DNA of 64,000 nt. It comes from Escherichia coli. GTDB taxonomy: Bacteria > Pseudomonadota > Gammaproteobacteria > Enterobacterales > Enterobacteriaceae. Each line of letters begins with the position of its first letter. The stretch's first letter is position 1. Positions 12,252-27,521 of this stretch are shown here, one piece after another. The notes below the pieces were generated by a model. The model did not search any database. It had not been told where the DNA came from and saw only the letters and a program-made list of their open reading frames with translations. The DNA lies in assembly GCF_003018255.1 (NCBI RefSeq), contig NZ_CP027440.1. One strand, given 5' to 3'. The translations under genes were made by a program, and so were the position numbers.

Positions 12252-12303
12252 CTTTATCACTCCTGGGTGTGAATTAACGTTTTAAAATCTATTGCTGTCT
12301 GGT

Positions 12304-12360
<57 letters not shown>

Positions 12361-12463
12361 ACAAATTTCGTGCGAATTACCGCTAAAATCGCGTTTTTCT
12401 GCCGACGCACACGTTTGCGTATCATATCAGAAAAAAGGGCCGGATGACTCCAGCCCTGTATTT

Positions 12464-13498
12464 TTACTTGCTAAACGCAGCCTGGAAGACAGCTACCAGC
12501 GCGTCGTTCTGACTCTGAGTCAGAGTATGACCTTTCGGATCGATGAACTGTAGGCTGCTGCGGTTATCTAAATCGCCAACCTGCAGTTTATAGTCACCGG
12601 ATGCCAGACCTGGATCGCTCGCGCCCAGTTCGTGCCATTCGCTGTCAGACAGCGGCTTGTAAGTTACGGCCATGTTGCCCTGCGAACGGGTGCTGTCGGT
12701 CACTTTCATGCCCACTTTTTCCAGCGCAGCTGGCAGACGTTGCCAAACCACATTAAACGGCCCGCGTACGACCAGCATTGGTAAACCGGTGTCATCAGCT
12801 GCACTTTGTACGTCCATAGTGGTGGAGGCACGATTTTGCGCAGCGTTCGCGGCGTCAGTGGCAGATTTATCCAGACCGGCGGAAATAACGTTCATCATCT
12901 CCGTGCTGTAACGCTGCATGGAAGCCGCGTCTGCAACCGGTTTGCCCGCCTGTTCCAGGTTCAGCAGTTTAACCGTAACCGCCTGCTGATAACCCTGCGG
13001 CTTAACAGAGATTTGATAACGACCACGATACTGCTCGTCTTCGTCCAGACGGTTCCATTGTACCCAATCGGTGGTCAGTGTCTGACCAGCATCATCACGT
13101 TGGGTGATGGTGTAGTTTTTCGCCTGCAGCACGCTAACCACCTGCGGCCACAGAGTATTGCCACGACCATTTTCCACCAGCAATGAAGCGGTATCGCCCG
13201 TGAACTGGGTACGCGCGCCAGAAACCAGTGCCAACGGCTGGGCTGGTGGACGAATGTCCAGCGCCTTACCGACAGCACCACTACCGTTGGTCACCGGGAT
13301 TGCATAATCGCCGGAGGTCACCGGCAAAATCATTCCAGCCGGGGCATGAAGCTCCGCAAGCGGTGCCGCTTCCAGGTAGGCTTCATCACCACTGACCTGA
13401 CGCTTATAGCGTGAGTCAGAACTACAGGCAGCGAGTAATAAAACAAGCGAAACACCCGCAACCTTTGCCAGGCGCGACTTTTGAACAGAGTAAGCCAT
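12464..13498 (-). CDS. bamC: Outer membrane protein assembly lipoprotein BamC (NlpB)
   Basis: Signal peptide with lipobox LLAACSS; 344 aa; downstream of dapA in the same orientation. Confidence 0.9.
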   Translation of the reverse strand: MAYSVQKSRLAKVAGVSLVLLLAACSSDSRYKRQVSGDEAYLEAAPLAELHAPAGMILPVTSGDYAIPVTNGSGAVGKALDIRPPAQPLALVSGARTQFTGDTASLLVENGRGNTLWPQVVSVLQAKNYTITQRDDAGQTLTTDWVQWNRLDEDEQYRGRYQISVKPQGYQQAVTVKLLNLEQAGKPVADAASMQRYSTEMMNVISAGLDKSATDAANAAQNRASTTMDVQSAADDTGLPMLVVRGPFNVVWQRLPAALEKVGMKVTDSTRSQGNMAVTYKPLSDSEWHELGASDPGLASGDYKLQVGDLDNRSSLQFIDPKGHTLTQSQNDALVAVFQAAFSK

Positions 13499-13514
13499 CA
13501 AATCTCCCTAAACT

Positions 13515-14393
13515 TTACAGCAAACCGGCATGCTTAAGCGCCGCTCTGACCGTCTCACGACCACTGTCGGTGATTGGTGTCATTGGCAGGCGCAGCGTAT
13601 CGGTCGCCACAAGACCCAGTTCCTTACATGCCCATTTCACCGGGATTGGATTGGGTTCGACAAATAGTTTGTTGTGTAATGGCATCAGACGCTGATTAAT
13701 AACGCGTGCCTCGGCAAAATGCCCTTCTGCTGCCAGTTTGCACATCTGGGCCATATCACGCGCTGCGACGTTAGCCGTAACGGAAATAACCCCATGACCG
13801 CCTAATTGCATGAAGTCCAGCGCGCTCGCATCATCGCCGCTCAGCAGAACAAAATCATCTGAAACCAGCTCTTTGATCTGGTTTACACGCGTTAAGTTCC
13901 CTGTTGCCTCTTTGATTCCGATAATATTTTTTACTTTCGCCAGACGGCCCACCGTTTCCGGGAGCAGATCGCAGCCAGTACGGGACGGCACATTATACAG
14001 AATTTGCGGCAGGTCAGTATGTTCAGCGATGGCTTTGAAATGCTGATACAAACCTTCTTGCGACGGACGATTGTAGTAAGGGGTTACCGTCAGGCAGCCG
14101 ACGATACCGCTGTCATTGAAGCGCTGCGTCAGGCTAATGGCTTCCGCAGTAGCGTTAGCACCGGTCCCGGCAATCACCGGAATGCGCCCGTCAGCCAGCT
14201 CCAGCGTCATCATCACCACATCAGCATGTTCGTCATGATTTAAGGTAGCGGACTCGCCAGTGGTGCCAACAGAAACGATCGCCGAAGTACCGCTGGCGAC
14301 ATGATAATCAATCAGTTTTTTCATGCTAGCCCGACAGACATTACCTTTTTCATCCATCGGAGTAACAATCGCGACAATACTTCCCGTGAACAT
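13515..14393 (-). CDS. dapA: 4-hydroxy-tetrahydrodipicolinate synthase
   Basis: ORF 13515..14411; probable start at [17 protein letters not shown] for a 292-aa product. Confidence 0.92.
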   Translation of the reverse strand: MFTGSIVAIVTPMDEKGNVCRASMKKLIDYHVASGTSAIVSVGTTGESATLNHDEHADVVMMTLELADGRIPVIAGTGANATAEAISLTQRFNDSGIVGCLTVTPYYNRPSQEGLYQHFKAIAEHTDLPQILYNVPSRTGCDLLPETVGRLAKVKNIIGIKEATGNLTRVNQIKELVSDDFVLLSGDDASALDFMQLGGHGVISVTANVAARDMAQMCKLAAEGHFAEARVINQRLMPLHNKLFVEPNPIPVKWACKELGLVATDTLRLPMTPITDSGRETVRAALKHAGLL

Positions 14394-14538
14394 GGGCCAT
14401 CCTCTGTGCAAACAAGTGTCTCAATGGTACGTTTGGTATGGCATTAAAAGCAAGCAGACAGAACCGTTCTGATTGTTGTATGCATGTTTTTTTTATGCTT
14501 TCCTTAAGAACAACTCACCCCTTGAAGGAATAACCAGT

Positions 14539-15111
14539 TTGACACTGTCATCGCAACATTATCTGGTGATCACTGCGTTGGGTGCCGATCGCCCTGGAAT
14601 TGTGAACACCATCACCCGTCATGTCAGTAGTTGCGGCTGTAATATTGAAGACAGTCGCCTGGCGATGCTGGGAGAAGAGTTCACGTTTATCATGCTGCTT
14701 TCCGGTTCATGGAATGCCATTACTCTGATTGAATCAACGTTACCGTTGAAAGGTGCCGAGCTGGATCTTTTAATCGTGATGAAGCGCACGACGGCGCGTC
14801 CGCGTCCGCCAATGCCAGCATCTGTCTGGGTTCAGGTCGATGTGGCAGACTCCCCGCATTTAATTGAACGCTTCACAGCACTTTTCGACGCGCATCATAT
14901 GAACATTGCGGAGCTGGTGTCGCGCACGCAACCTGCTGAAAATGAACGGGCTGCGCAGTTGCATATTCAGATAACCGCCCACAGCCCCGCATCTGCGGAC
15001 GCAGCAAATATTGAGCAAGCATTCAAAGCCCTATGTACAGAACTCAATGCACAAGGCAGTATTAACGTCGTCAATTATTCCCAACATGATGAACAGGATG
15101 GAGTTAAGTAA
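14539..15111 (+). CDS. gcvR: Glycine cleavage system transcriptional repressor (ACT domains)
   Basis: ORF track begins at 14473, but the conserved protein begins at LTLSSQHYLVITALGADRPGIV; probable TTG start at 14539 giving 190 aa. Stop overlaps the bcp start (TAATG). Confidence 0.8.
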   Translation: MTLSSQHYLVITALGADRPGIVNTITRHVSSCGCNIEDSRLAMLGEEFTFIMLLSGSWNAITLIESTLPLKGAELDLLIVMKRTTARPRPPMPASVWVQVDVADSPHLIERFTALFDAHHMNIAELVSRTQPAENERAAQLHIQITAHSPASADAANIEQAFKALCTELNAQGSINVVNYSQHDEQDGVK

Positions 15112-15581
15112 TGAATCCACTGAAAGCCGGTGATATCGCACCGAAATTTAGCTTGCCGGATCAAGACGGAGAACAAGTTAATTTGACCGACTTCCAGGGA
15201 CAGCGTGTTCTGGTTTATTTCTACCCGAAAGCCATGACCCCCGGCTGTACCGTACAGGCCTGCGGCTTACGCGATAACATGGATGAGTTGAAAAAAGCGG
15301 GCGTTGATGTGCTGGGTATCAGCACCGATAAACCCGAAAAACTCTCCCGTTTTGCGGAAAAAGAGCTGCTTAACTTTACGCTCCTGTCTGATGAGGACCA
15401 CCAGGTGTGCGAACAATTCGGCGTCTGGGGTGAAAAGTCCTTCATGGGCAAAACCTACGATGGTATTCATCGCATCAGCTTCCTGATTGACGCTGATGGC
15501 AAAATCGAACATGTCTTTGACGATTTCAAAACCAGCAATCACCACGACGTTGTGCTGAACTGGCTGAAAGAACACGCCTGA
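15111..15581 (+). CDS. bcp: Thiol peroxidase / peroxiredoxin Bcp
   Basis: 156 aa; peroxidatic cysteine motif FYPKAMTPGCT. Confidence 0.92.
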   Translation: MNPLKAGDIAPKFSLPDQDGEQVNLTDFQGQRVLVYFYPKAMTPGCTVQACGLRDNMDELKKAGVDVLGISTDKPEKLSRFAEKELLNFTLLSDEDHQVCEQFGVWGEKSFMGKTYDGIHRISFLIDADGKIEHVFDDFKTSNHHDVVLNWLKEHA

Positions 15582-15679
15582 TTACTTTGCTCCATTCCGT
15601 GCTGGCTGCGCTTGCGGCCAGCACATCTCACATCTTCTCACTGCCCTGCAACACTCGTTTCAAATTTTTTCGCTGAAGG

Positions 15680-16741
15680 TCAGTCTTGCGCGATTTGCCC
15701 ATCGGGCCAGGCGTGAATCACGGCTTTGATCAGCGTCGCCAATGGAATGGCGAAGAATACGCCCCAGAATCCCCACAAACCACCGAAGATCACTACTGAT
15801 AAAATAATGACCAGCGGATGCAGGTTAACCGCTTCGGAGAACAACACAGGTACTAACAGGTTGCCGTCCAGCGCCTGAATGATCAGATACACCGCGAAGC
15901 AGCTCCAGAATTCCGTGCCAGCACCAAACTGGAATAGCGCCACGCCAACCACCGGAATGGTCACCACAAATGCACCAATGTACGGAATAAGTACCGAGAA
16001 GCCGACCAGCACCGCCAGCAGCAGCGAATAGTTCAGCCCGAAGAGTAAGAATCCCAGCCAGGTGGCAATCCCCACCACGATCATCTCCAGCACTTTGCCG
16101 CGGATATAGTTGGTGATTTGTTGATTCATCTCCTTCCACACCTGTCCTGCCAGTCCACGGTTACGCGGCAGCACCCGGCGAACGGCGTTCAGCATCTGCT
16201 CTTTGTCTTTCAGCAGGAAGAAGACCATCAATGGTACCAGCACCAGATAGACGGCAATGGTCAGCAAACCGACCAGCGAGGCGAGGGAAATTTTCACCAC
16301 CGAATCGCCCATGGTCAGCATCCGACTGCGCATATTTTCGGCCATTGCATCAATAATGCCCGCATCCATTAACGCCGGATAGCGGCGCGGCAACGTGGCG
16401 GCAAAGTCAGAAAGCTTATTGAGCATCCCCGGCATATCGCGGATTAAGTAGATGCCCTGCTGCCAGGCGATAGGCAGTACCACGAACGCCATCAGTAGCA
16501 ATATACCGACGAAAACCACCAATACAATCGACGTCGCCCAGCGGCGGGAGCAGCCAATAGATTGCAGGCGCACGGTTGGCCATTCCAGCAAATAGGCCAG
16601 CACAATAGCCACCAACAGCGGAGCAAGCAGGCCACTAAAGAAAAAGATAATGCCAAATCCGGCAACTAAAATAACCAGCAAGGCAATCGCTTCCGGGTCG
16701 CTAAAACGGCGGCGATACCATTGCATCAACATTTCGAGCAT
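15680..16741 (-). CDS. perM: AI-2E family inner membrane permease PerM (YfgO)
   Basis: 353 aa, polytopic membrane protein; follows bcp directly in this strain. Confidence 0.85.
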   Translation of the reverse strand: MLEMLMQWYRRRFSDPEAIALLVILVAGFGIIFFFSGLLAPLLVAIVLAYLLEWPTVRLQSIGCSRRWATSIVLVVFVGILLLMAFVVLPIAWQQGIYLIRDMPGMLNKLSDFAATLPRRYPALMDAGIIDAMAENMRSRMLTMGDSVVKISLASLVGLLTIAVYLVLVPLMVFFLLKDKEQMLNAVRRVLPRNRGLAGQVWKEMNQQITNYIRGKVLEMIVVGIATWLGFLLFGLNYSLLLAVLVGFSVLIPYIGAFVVTIPVVGVALFQFGAGTEFWSCFAVYLIIQALDGNLLVPVLFSEAVNLHPLVIILSVVIFGGLWGFWGVFFAIPLATLIKAVIHAWPDGQIAQD

Positions 16742-16953
16742 ACAGACCTTCCCTGAACCTCAAGAGCGGGATTGCGATCCGCAATTGTATCGAAATGCCA
16801 CAAAAAAGACTTCGCTTTTTATGACGGATTCAGGAAACTGAAAAGTCATTTGAGTGGGCTAATCTTCGCCGTTACACTCAAAGGCGGCGCGGTGGGAACG
16901 ATATTTCACAGTATCGGTCAAATGACTATCTCCAGAAATACAGGATAGAGGTT

Positions 16954-18417
16954 ATGTTCAGGCAGTTGAAAAAAAACCTGGTTGCAACCCTCATTGCTGC
17001 TATGACCATTGGTCAGGTAGCCCCGGCGTTTGCCGACAGCGCAGACACCTTGCCGGATATGGGAACCTCCGCAGGAAGCACACTTTCCATTGGTCAGGAA
17101 ATGCAGATGGGCGACTATTATGTCCGCCAGCTACGCGGCAGCGCGCCGTTAATTAATGATCCGCTGTTAACGCAATACATTAATTCGCTAGGAATGCGTC
17201 TGGTTTCGCATGCCAATTCGGTTAAGACACCGTTTCATTTCTTTCTGATCAACAACGATGAAATTAACGCCTTTGCTTTCTTTGGCGGCAACGTGGTGCT
17301 GCACTCTGCCCTGTTCCGTTATTCCGATAACGAAAGTCAACTGGCTTCAGTTATGGCGCACGAAATCTCCCACGTCACCCAACGTCACCTGGCGCGAGCG
17401 ATGGAAGATCAGCAGCGCAGCGCGCCGCTGACCTGGGTCGGCGCGTTAGGTTCTATTTTACTGGCGATGGCCAGTCCGCAGGCGGGGATGGCTGCGCTGA
17501 CCGGTACACTGGCGGGAACGCGCCAGGGGATGATCAGCTTCACCCAGCAAAATGAACAGGAAGCGGACCGCATTGGTATTCAGGTGCTGCAACGCTCAGG
17601 ATTCGATCCGCAGGCGATGCCGACCTTCCTCGAAAAATTACTCGATCAGGCGCGTTACTCCTCGCGTCCGCCGGAAATTTTATTGACTCACCCGTTGCCG
17701 GAAAGTCGTCTGGCAGATGCCCGCAACCGTGCTAATCAGATGCGCCCGATGGTGGTGCAGTCGTCGGAAGATTTCTATCTGGCGAAAGCGCGCACACTGG
17801 GGATGTATAATTCCGGACGTAACCAGCTCACCAGTGATTTGCTGGATGAATGGGCGAAAGGAAACGTTCGTCAGCAACGAGCGGCGCAATATGGTCGTGC
17901 TTTACAGGCGATGGAAGCCAATAAATACGACGAGGCGCGTAAAACGCTGCAACCGTTACTGGCGGCAGAACCTGGCAACGCATGGTATCTCGATCTGGCT
18001 ACTGATATCGATCTTGGGCAAAACAAAGCCAATGAGGCGATCAATCGTCTGAAAAATGCCCGCGATTTACGCACCAATCCGGTGTTGCAGCTCAACCTGG
18101 CGAACGCTTATCTGCAAGGCGGTCAACCACAAGAAGCGGCCAATATTCTGAATCGCTACACCTTTAATAATAAAGATGACAGCAACGGCTGGGATTTGCT
18201 GGCACAGGCGGAAGCCGCGCTAAATAACCGCGATCAGGAGCTGGCTGCGCGAGCAGAAGGTTATGCGCTCGCCGGACGACTCGATCAGGCCATTTCGCTG
18301 TTGAGTAGCGCCAGTTCGCAGGTGAAATTAGGCAGCCTGCAACAAGCGCGTTACGATGCGCGCATCGACCAGTTGCGCCAGCTGCAGGAACGCTTTAAGC
18401 CTTATACCAAGATGTAA
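16954..18417 (+). CDS. bepA: Periplasmic M48 metalloprotease/chaperone BepA (YfgC)
   Basis: 487 aa; signal peptide, HEISH zinc motif, C-terminal TPR-like region. Confidence 0.9.
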
Positions 18418-18437
18418 TTCGCATTAAAGGAAGAACA

Positions 18438-18797
18438 ATGACCAAACAGGTAAAAATCTACCATAACCCACGCTGTTCAAAGAGCCGGGAAACGCTGAAC
18501 CTGCTGAAAGAAAACGGCGTGGAGCCAGAAGTGGTGCTCTACCTTGAGACACCCGCCGATGCGGCAACGCTGCGTGATTTGCTGAAAATGCTGGGGATGA
18601 ATAGCGCTCGTGAATTGATGCGCCAGAAAGAGGATCTTTATAAAGAACTGAACCTGGCTGACAGTTCGCTTAGCGAAGAGGCGCTGATTCAGGCAATGGT
18701 GGATAATCCGAAGCTAATGGAGCGCCCGATTGTGGTCGCGAATGGCAAAGCGCGGATTGGTCGTCCACCGGAGCAGGTACTGGAAATCGTGGGTTAA
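18438..18797 (+). CDS. yfgD: ArsC-family reductase-like protein YfgD
   Basis: 119 aa; N-terminal KIYHNPRCSKSRETL motif of the ArsC family. Confidence 0.85.
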   Translation: MTKQVKIYHNPRCSKSRETLNLLKENGVEPEVVLYLETPADAATLRDLLKMLGMNSARELMRQKEDLYKELNLADSSLSEEALIQAMVDNPKLMERPIVVANGKARIGRPPEQVLEIVG

Positions 18798-18827
18798 GAA
18801 GTGCTCCATCGCTAGTTGAAGCACATT

Positions 18828-18860
18828 GCCGGATGCGACGCTTGCCGCGTCTTATCCGGC
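18828..18860. repeat. REP element
   Basis: gccggatgcgacgcttgccgcgtcttatccggc between convergent yfgD and hda. Confidence 0.8.
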
Positions 18861-18902
18861 CGACGAATACTATGGGTGCATATCCGACAATAAACGTCTT
18901 GT

Positions 18903-19649
18903 CTACAGTTTCAGAATTTCTTTCACAAACGGAATGGTCAGCTTACGTTGCGCGGTAATCGACGCACGATCCAACTGATCCAACGTCATAAATAACGTGC
19001 GCATCTCTCTGTCGAGCCGCTTCAGCAAGAAACGCCCCACATCTTCCGGCAGTTCAAAACCACGCAAACGCGCGCGTAACTGTAGCGCCTGCAACTTATC
19101 TTCATCAGAAAGTGGCTGCAATTTGTAGATCTGCCCCCAGTCGAGACGCGACGCGAGATCCGGTAATCCAAGATTCAACTGCCGCGGTGGACGATCGCCG
19201 GTGATTAACAACCGTGTTTTGCCCGATTCCAGAATTCGATTGTAGAGATCGAAAATCGCCATCTCCCACAACTCATCGCCTGCAATACACTCAATGTTGT
19301 CGATACAGACCAGCGACAAATGCTCCATACCGTCGAGCACTTCCGGAACAAACCAGGTGCGTTTATCCAGCGGGACATAGCCCACCGCATCGCCACGCTG
19401 CGACAATTCCGCGCAAGCCGCGTGCAGCAGATGGCTGCGCCCCGCGCCTTCGCGTGCCCAGAGATAGATGTAACCGCTATGTTCCTGACGCAGCACGTTT
19501 TGCAGCGCGGCCAGTAAAGAGGAGTTATCCCCCGGCCAGAAACTTGCAAAGGTTTCGTCGTCAGGAAGATAAAGTGGCAAAGAGAGCTGTGCCGGTGTGT
19601 TCAGAGATACCTCAACCAGGATTTCACAAAATCGCGAGAAGTTTACCAC
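18903..19649 (-). CDS. hda: DnaA-inactivating AAA+ protein Hda
   Basis: DnaA-like AAA+ fold. ORF-track start gives 248 aa; the functional start is probably the internal non-AUG codon near 19604 ([14 protein letters not shown]..., 233 aa) as I recall for K-12. Confidence 0.85.
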
Positions 19650-19698
19650 AGAATCCCATGATGTTTGAACCGGGCAGCAACACTGCCCGGTCGGTACA

Positions 19699-20988
19699 TT
19701 ATTTGTCTGTTATATCCGCGTCTTCTGCGTCCAGCACCACTTCTTCAGGGCGCAGCATACTAATCAGTTTGAAGATCAAACTTAAGCCGATACCGACGAT
19801 GGTCGCCAGCGCCATACCTTTCAGCTCCGCCGCGCCAATGTTTACCTTCGCGCCACTGACGCCGATGATCAAAATAACGGAAGTCAGGATCAGGTTCTGT
19901 GCTTTGTTGTAATCCACTTTCGATTCGATCAACACACGAATACCGGAAGCACCGATGACACCGTAAAGCAGCAGCGAAACGCCGCCCATCACCGGCAATG
20001 GAATCATCTGGATAGCTGCAGCCAGTTTACCGACGCAGGAAAGCAGGATAGCGAAAATCGCCGCACCGCCGATAACCCAGGTACTGTAAACACGGGTGAT
20101 CGCCATCACGCCAATGTTTTCTCCGTAAGTGGTGTTTGGCGTGGAGCCAAAGAAGCCGGAGATCACGGTCGACAAGCCGTTAGCAAACATCGAACGGTGC
20201 AGACCTGGATCGCGCAGCAGATCTTTTTTGACGATATTAGCCGTTACGACCAGGTGCCCTACGTGTTCGGCAATAACCACTAACGCCGCTGGTAGAATAG
20301 TCAGAATGGCAAACCACTCGAAGCGCGGCGTATAGAGGGTCGGCAGCGCAAACCAGTGAGCATTAATAATCGGCGTGGTATCGACAATTCCCATTGCGAA
20401 AGAGAGCGCGTACCCCACCAGCACGCCAATTAAAATCGGGATAATTGCCAGGAAACCACGAAACAGCACGGAACCTAAAACCGTGACCGCCAGGGTGGTA
20501 ATAGAGATGATGATGGTTTTGGAGTCTGGCGTTTGCCCTTCAGCCGGGAGTAAACCCGCCATACCGGCAGCTACGCCCGCCAGCTCCAGACCGATGACGG
20601 CAACGATTGCGCCCATTGCCGCAGGTGGAAACAGCACGTCCAGCCAGCCGGTCCCCGCTTTCTTCACGATAAAAGAAACCAGGCAGAACAGCACGCCGCA
20701 CATAATAAAGCCGCCCAGCGCAACTTCATACCCCAACGGCAACAGTAACAATACCGGTGAAATAAAGGCAAAGCTGGAACCAAGATAAGCCGGAATTTTC
20801 CCTTTACAGATGAAGAGATACAGCAGTGTTCCTATACCGTTAAATAACAGTACAGTCGCCGGGTTAATATGAAATAAGACGGGCACCAGGACGGTTGCAC
20901 CAAACATGGCGAACAAATGTTGCAAACTAAGCGGGATTGTCTGTAAAAGTGGCGGTCTTTCACTCACCCCGATAGCACGGCGCGTCAT
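19699..20988 (-). CDS. uraA: Uracil:proton symporter (NCS2 family)
   Basis: ORF 19699..21030; probable start at [16 protein letters not shown] for a 429-aa product. Confidence 0.9.
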   Translation of the reverse strand: MTRRAIGVSERPPLLQTIPLSLQHLFAMFGATVLVPVLFHINPATVLLFNGIGTLLYLFICKGKIPAYLGSSFAFISPVLLLLPLGYEVALGGFIMCGVLFCLVSFIVKKAGTGWLDVLFPPAAMGAIVAVIGLELAGVAAGMAGLLPAEGQTPDSKTIIISITTLAVTVLGSVLFRGFLAIIPILIGVLVGYALSFAMGIVDTTPIINAHWFALPTLYTPRFEWFAILTILPAALVVIAEHVGHLVVTANIVKKDLLRDPGLHRSMFANGLSTVISGFFGSTPNTTYGENIGVMAITRVYSTWVIGGAAIFAILLSCVGKLAAAIQMIPLPVMGGVSLLLYGVIGASGIRVLIESKVDYNKAQNLILTSVILIIGVSGAKVNIGAAELKGMALATIVGIGLSLIFKLISMLRPEEVVLDAEDADITDK

Positions 20989-21029
20989 AGTATTATCCTC
21001 TGTATTATGTGTTATAGGCGCTTTACTCA

Positions 21030-21066
21030 AAAAAAAGCCGACTCTTAAAGTCGGCTTTAATTATTT
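21030..21066 (-). terminator. Intrinsic terminator/attenuator between upp and uraA
   Basis: Stem agccgact / agtcggct with loop cttaa; T7 run follows on the minus strand. Confidence 0.7.
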
Positions 21067-21073
21067 TTATTCT

Positions 21074-21700
21074 TTATTTCGTACCAAAGATTTTGTCACC
21101 GGCATCGCCGAGGCCCGGAATAATGTATCCGTGCTCGTTCAGTCCCTGGTCAATCGATGCAGTATACAGTTCGACGTCCGGGTGCGCTTTTTCCAGCGCA
21201 GCGATACCTTCTGGCGCAGCGACCAGCACCAGAACTTTGATGCTGCTGCAGCCCGCTTTTTTCAGCAGGTCGATGGTCGCGATAACGGAACCACCGGTTG
21301 CCAGCATTGGGTCAACGATCAGCGCCATACGCTCATCGATGTTAGAAACCAGTTTCTGGAAGTACGGTACCGGCTCCAGCGTTTCTTCATTACGGTACAT
21401 ACCGACGACACTGATGCGCGCACTCGGAACGTTTTCCAGCACACCGTCCATCATCCCAAGACCCGCACGCAGAATTGGCACAACGGTAATTTTCTTACCT
21501 TTGATCTGGTCGATTTCTACCGGGCCGTTCCAGCCTTCGATAGTGACTTTTTCCGTTTCGAGGTCGGCGGTCGCTTCGTAAGTCAGCAGGCTACCCACTT
21601 CGGAAGCGAGTTCGCGAAAGCGCTTGGTGCTGATATCTTGCTCACGCATCAGTCCCAGCTTGTGTTTGACGAGTGGGTGTTTGACTTCCACGATCTTCAT
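21074..21700 (-). CDS. upp: Uracil phosphoribosyltransferase
   Basis: ORF 21074..21727; probable start at [14 protein letters not shown] for a 208-aa product; upstream of uraA. Confidence 0.92.
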
Positions 21701-21726
21701 ACTCTTTCTCCTTTGAGGGGCAGCCA

Positions 21727-21771
21727 CAAAAAAAATCGACGGATTATACCTCCTTTCTTCAAGGCGGCAAT
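21727..21771 (-). promoter_or_regulatory. upp promoter with U-tract initially transcribed region (UTP-sensitive reiterative transcription)
   Basis: On the minus strand: TTGCCG (-35), 16-nt spacer, TATAAT (-10), then cgaTTTTTTTTg (plus-strand A8 at 21728-21735). Confidence 0.6.
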
Positions 21772-21945
21772 ATTATTTTCGTTGACTTTAGTCAAAATGA
21801 TAACGGTTTGAGATAAAGTTATTTTATATTCAAATGGTTATGGAAGAAGATTATTCCATCCGAAAACGATCCTTTGCCCTAGTACAAGTATTCTTTCGCC
21901 GCGCGCCTGGGGAAAAGACGTGCAAAAAGGTTGTGTAAAGCAGTC

Positions 21946-21961
21946 TCGCAAACGTTTGCTT
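21946..21961 (+). promoter_or_regulatory. PurR operator (pur box) in the purM control region
   Basis: tcgcaaacgtttgctt with palindromic core gcaaacgtttgc, ~65 bp upstream of the purM start. Confidence 0.8.
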
Positions 21962-22006
21962 TCCCTGTTAGAATTGCGCCGAATTTTATTTTTCTACCGC
22001 AAGTAA

Positions 22007-23061
<1,055 letters not shown>

Positions 23062-23062
<1 letters not shown>

Positions 23063-23700
23063 TGAATATTGTGGTGCTTATTTCCGGCAACGGAAGTAAT
23101 TTGCAGGCAATTATTGACGCCTGCAAAACCAACAAAATTAAAGGCACCGTACGGGCAGTTTTCAGCAATAAGGCCGACGCGTTCGGCCTTGAACGCGCCC
23201 GCCAGGCGGGTATTGCAACGCATACGCTCATCACCAGCGCGTTTGACAGTCGTGAAGCCTATGACCGGGAGTTGATTCATGAAATCGACATGTACGCACC
23301 CGATGTGGTCGTGCTGGCTGGTTTTATGCGCATTCTCAGCCCGGCGTTTGTCTCCCACTATGCCGGGCGTTTGCTGAACATTCACCCTTCTCTGCTGCCG
23401 AAATATCCCGGATTACACACCCATCGTCAGGCGCTGGAAAATGGCGATGAGGAGCACGGTACATCGGTGCATTTCGTCACCGATGAACTGGACGGTGGCC
23501 CGGTTATTTTACAGGCGAAAGTCCCGGTATTTGCTGGTGATACGGAAGATGACATCACCGCCCGCGTGCAAACCCAGGAACACGCTATTTATCCACTGGT
23601 GATTAGCTGGTTTGCCGATGGTCGTCTGAAAATGCACGAAAACGCCGCGTGGCTGGATGGTCAACGTCTGCCGCCGCAGGGCTACGCTGCCGACGAGTAA
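23062..23700 (+). CDS. purN: Phosphoribosylglycinamide formyltransferase
   Basis: 212 aa; start overlaps the purM stop (TAATG), consistent with the purMN operon. Confidence 0.92.
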
Positions 23701-23870
23701 TGCCCCGTAGTTAAAGCGCCAGCTCTGCCGCTGGCGTTTTTCAATTCACCTGTAAATCGCAAGCTCCAGCAGTTTTTTTCCCCCTTTTCTGGCATAGTTG
23801 GACATCTGCCAATATTGCTCGCCATAATATCCAGGCAGTGTCCCGTGAATAAAACGGAGTAAAAGTGGTA

Positions 23871-27483
<3,613 letters not shown>

Positions 27484-27489
27484 TGCTTT

Positions 27490-27516
27490 GCGGGCCGACG
27501 AGAAATGTCGGCCCGC
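27490..27516. terminator. Bidirectional hairpin between convergent ppx and pdeF
   Basis: gcgggccgac gagaaat gtcggcccgc, a perfect 10-bp stem. Confidence 0.7.
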
Positions 27517-27521
27517 ATTAT

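Noticed and set aside
12252-12300. PurR box in the purC leader
   Set aside because: Only a weak partial match (aacgtttt) is visible; I could not place a convincing 16-bp operator without a motif scan.
15599-15624. Inverted repeat between bcp and perM as a canonical rho-independent terminator
   Set aside because: The stem is not followed by a T-tract on either strand; I keep it only as an inverted repeat at the hyf-less junction.
20906-21811. 301-aa + strand ORF spanning the uraA-upp junction
   Set aside because: Antisense to upp and the uraA 5' end; runs through an intergenic terminator; low-complexity, Phe/Arg-rich translation typical of a shadow ORF.
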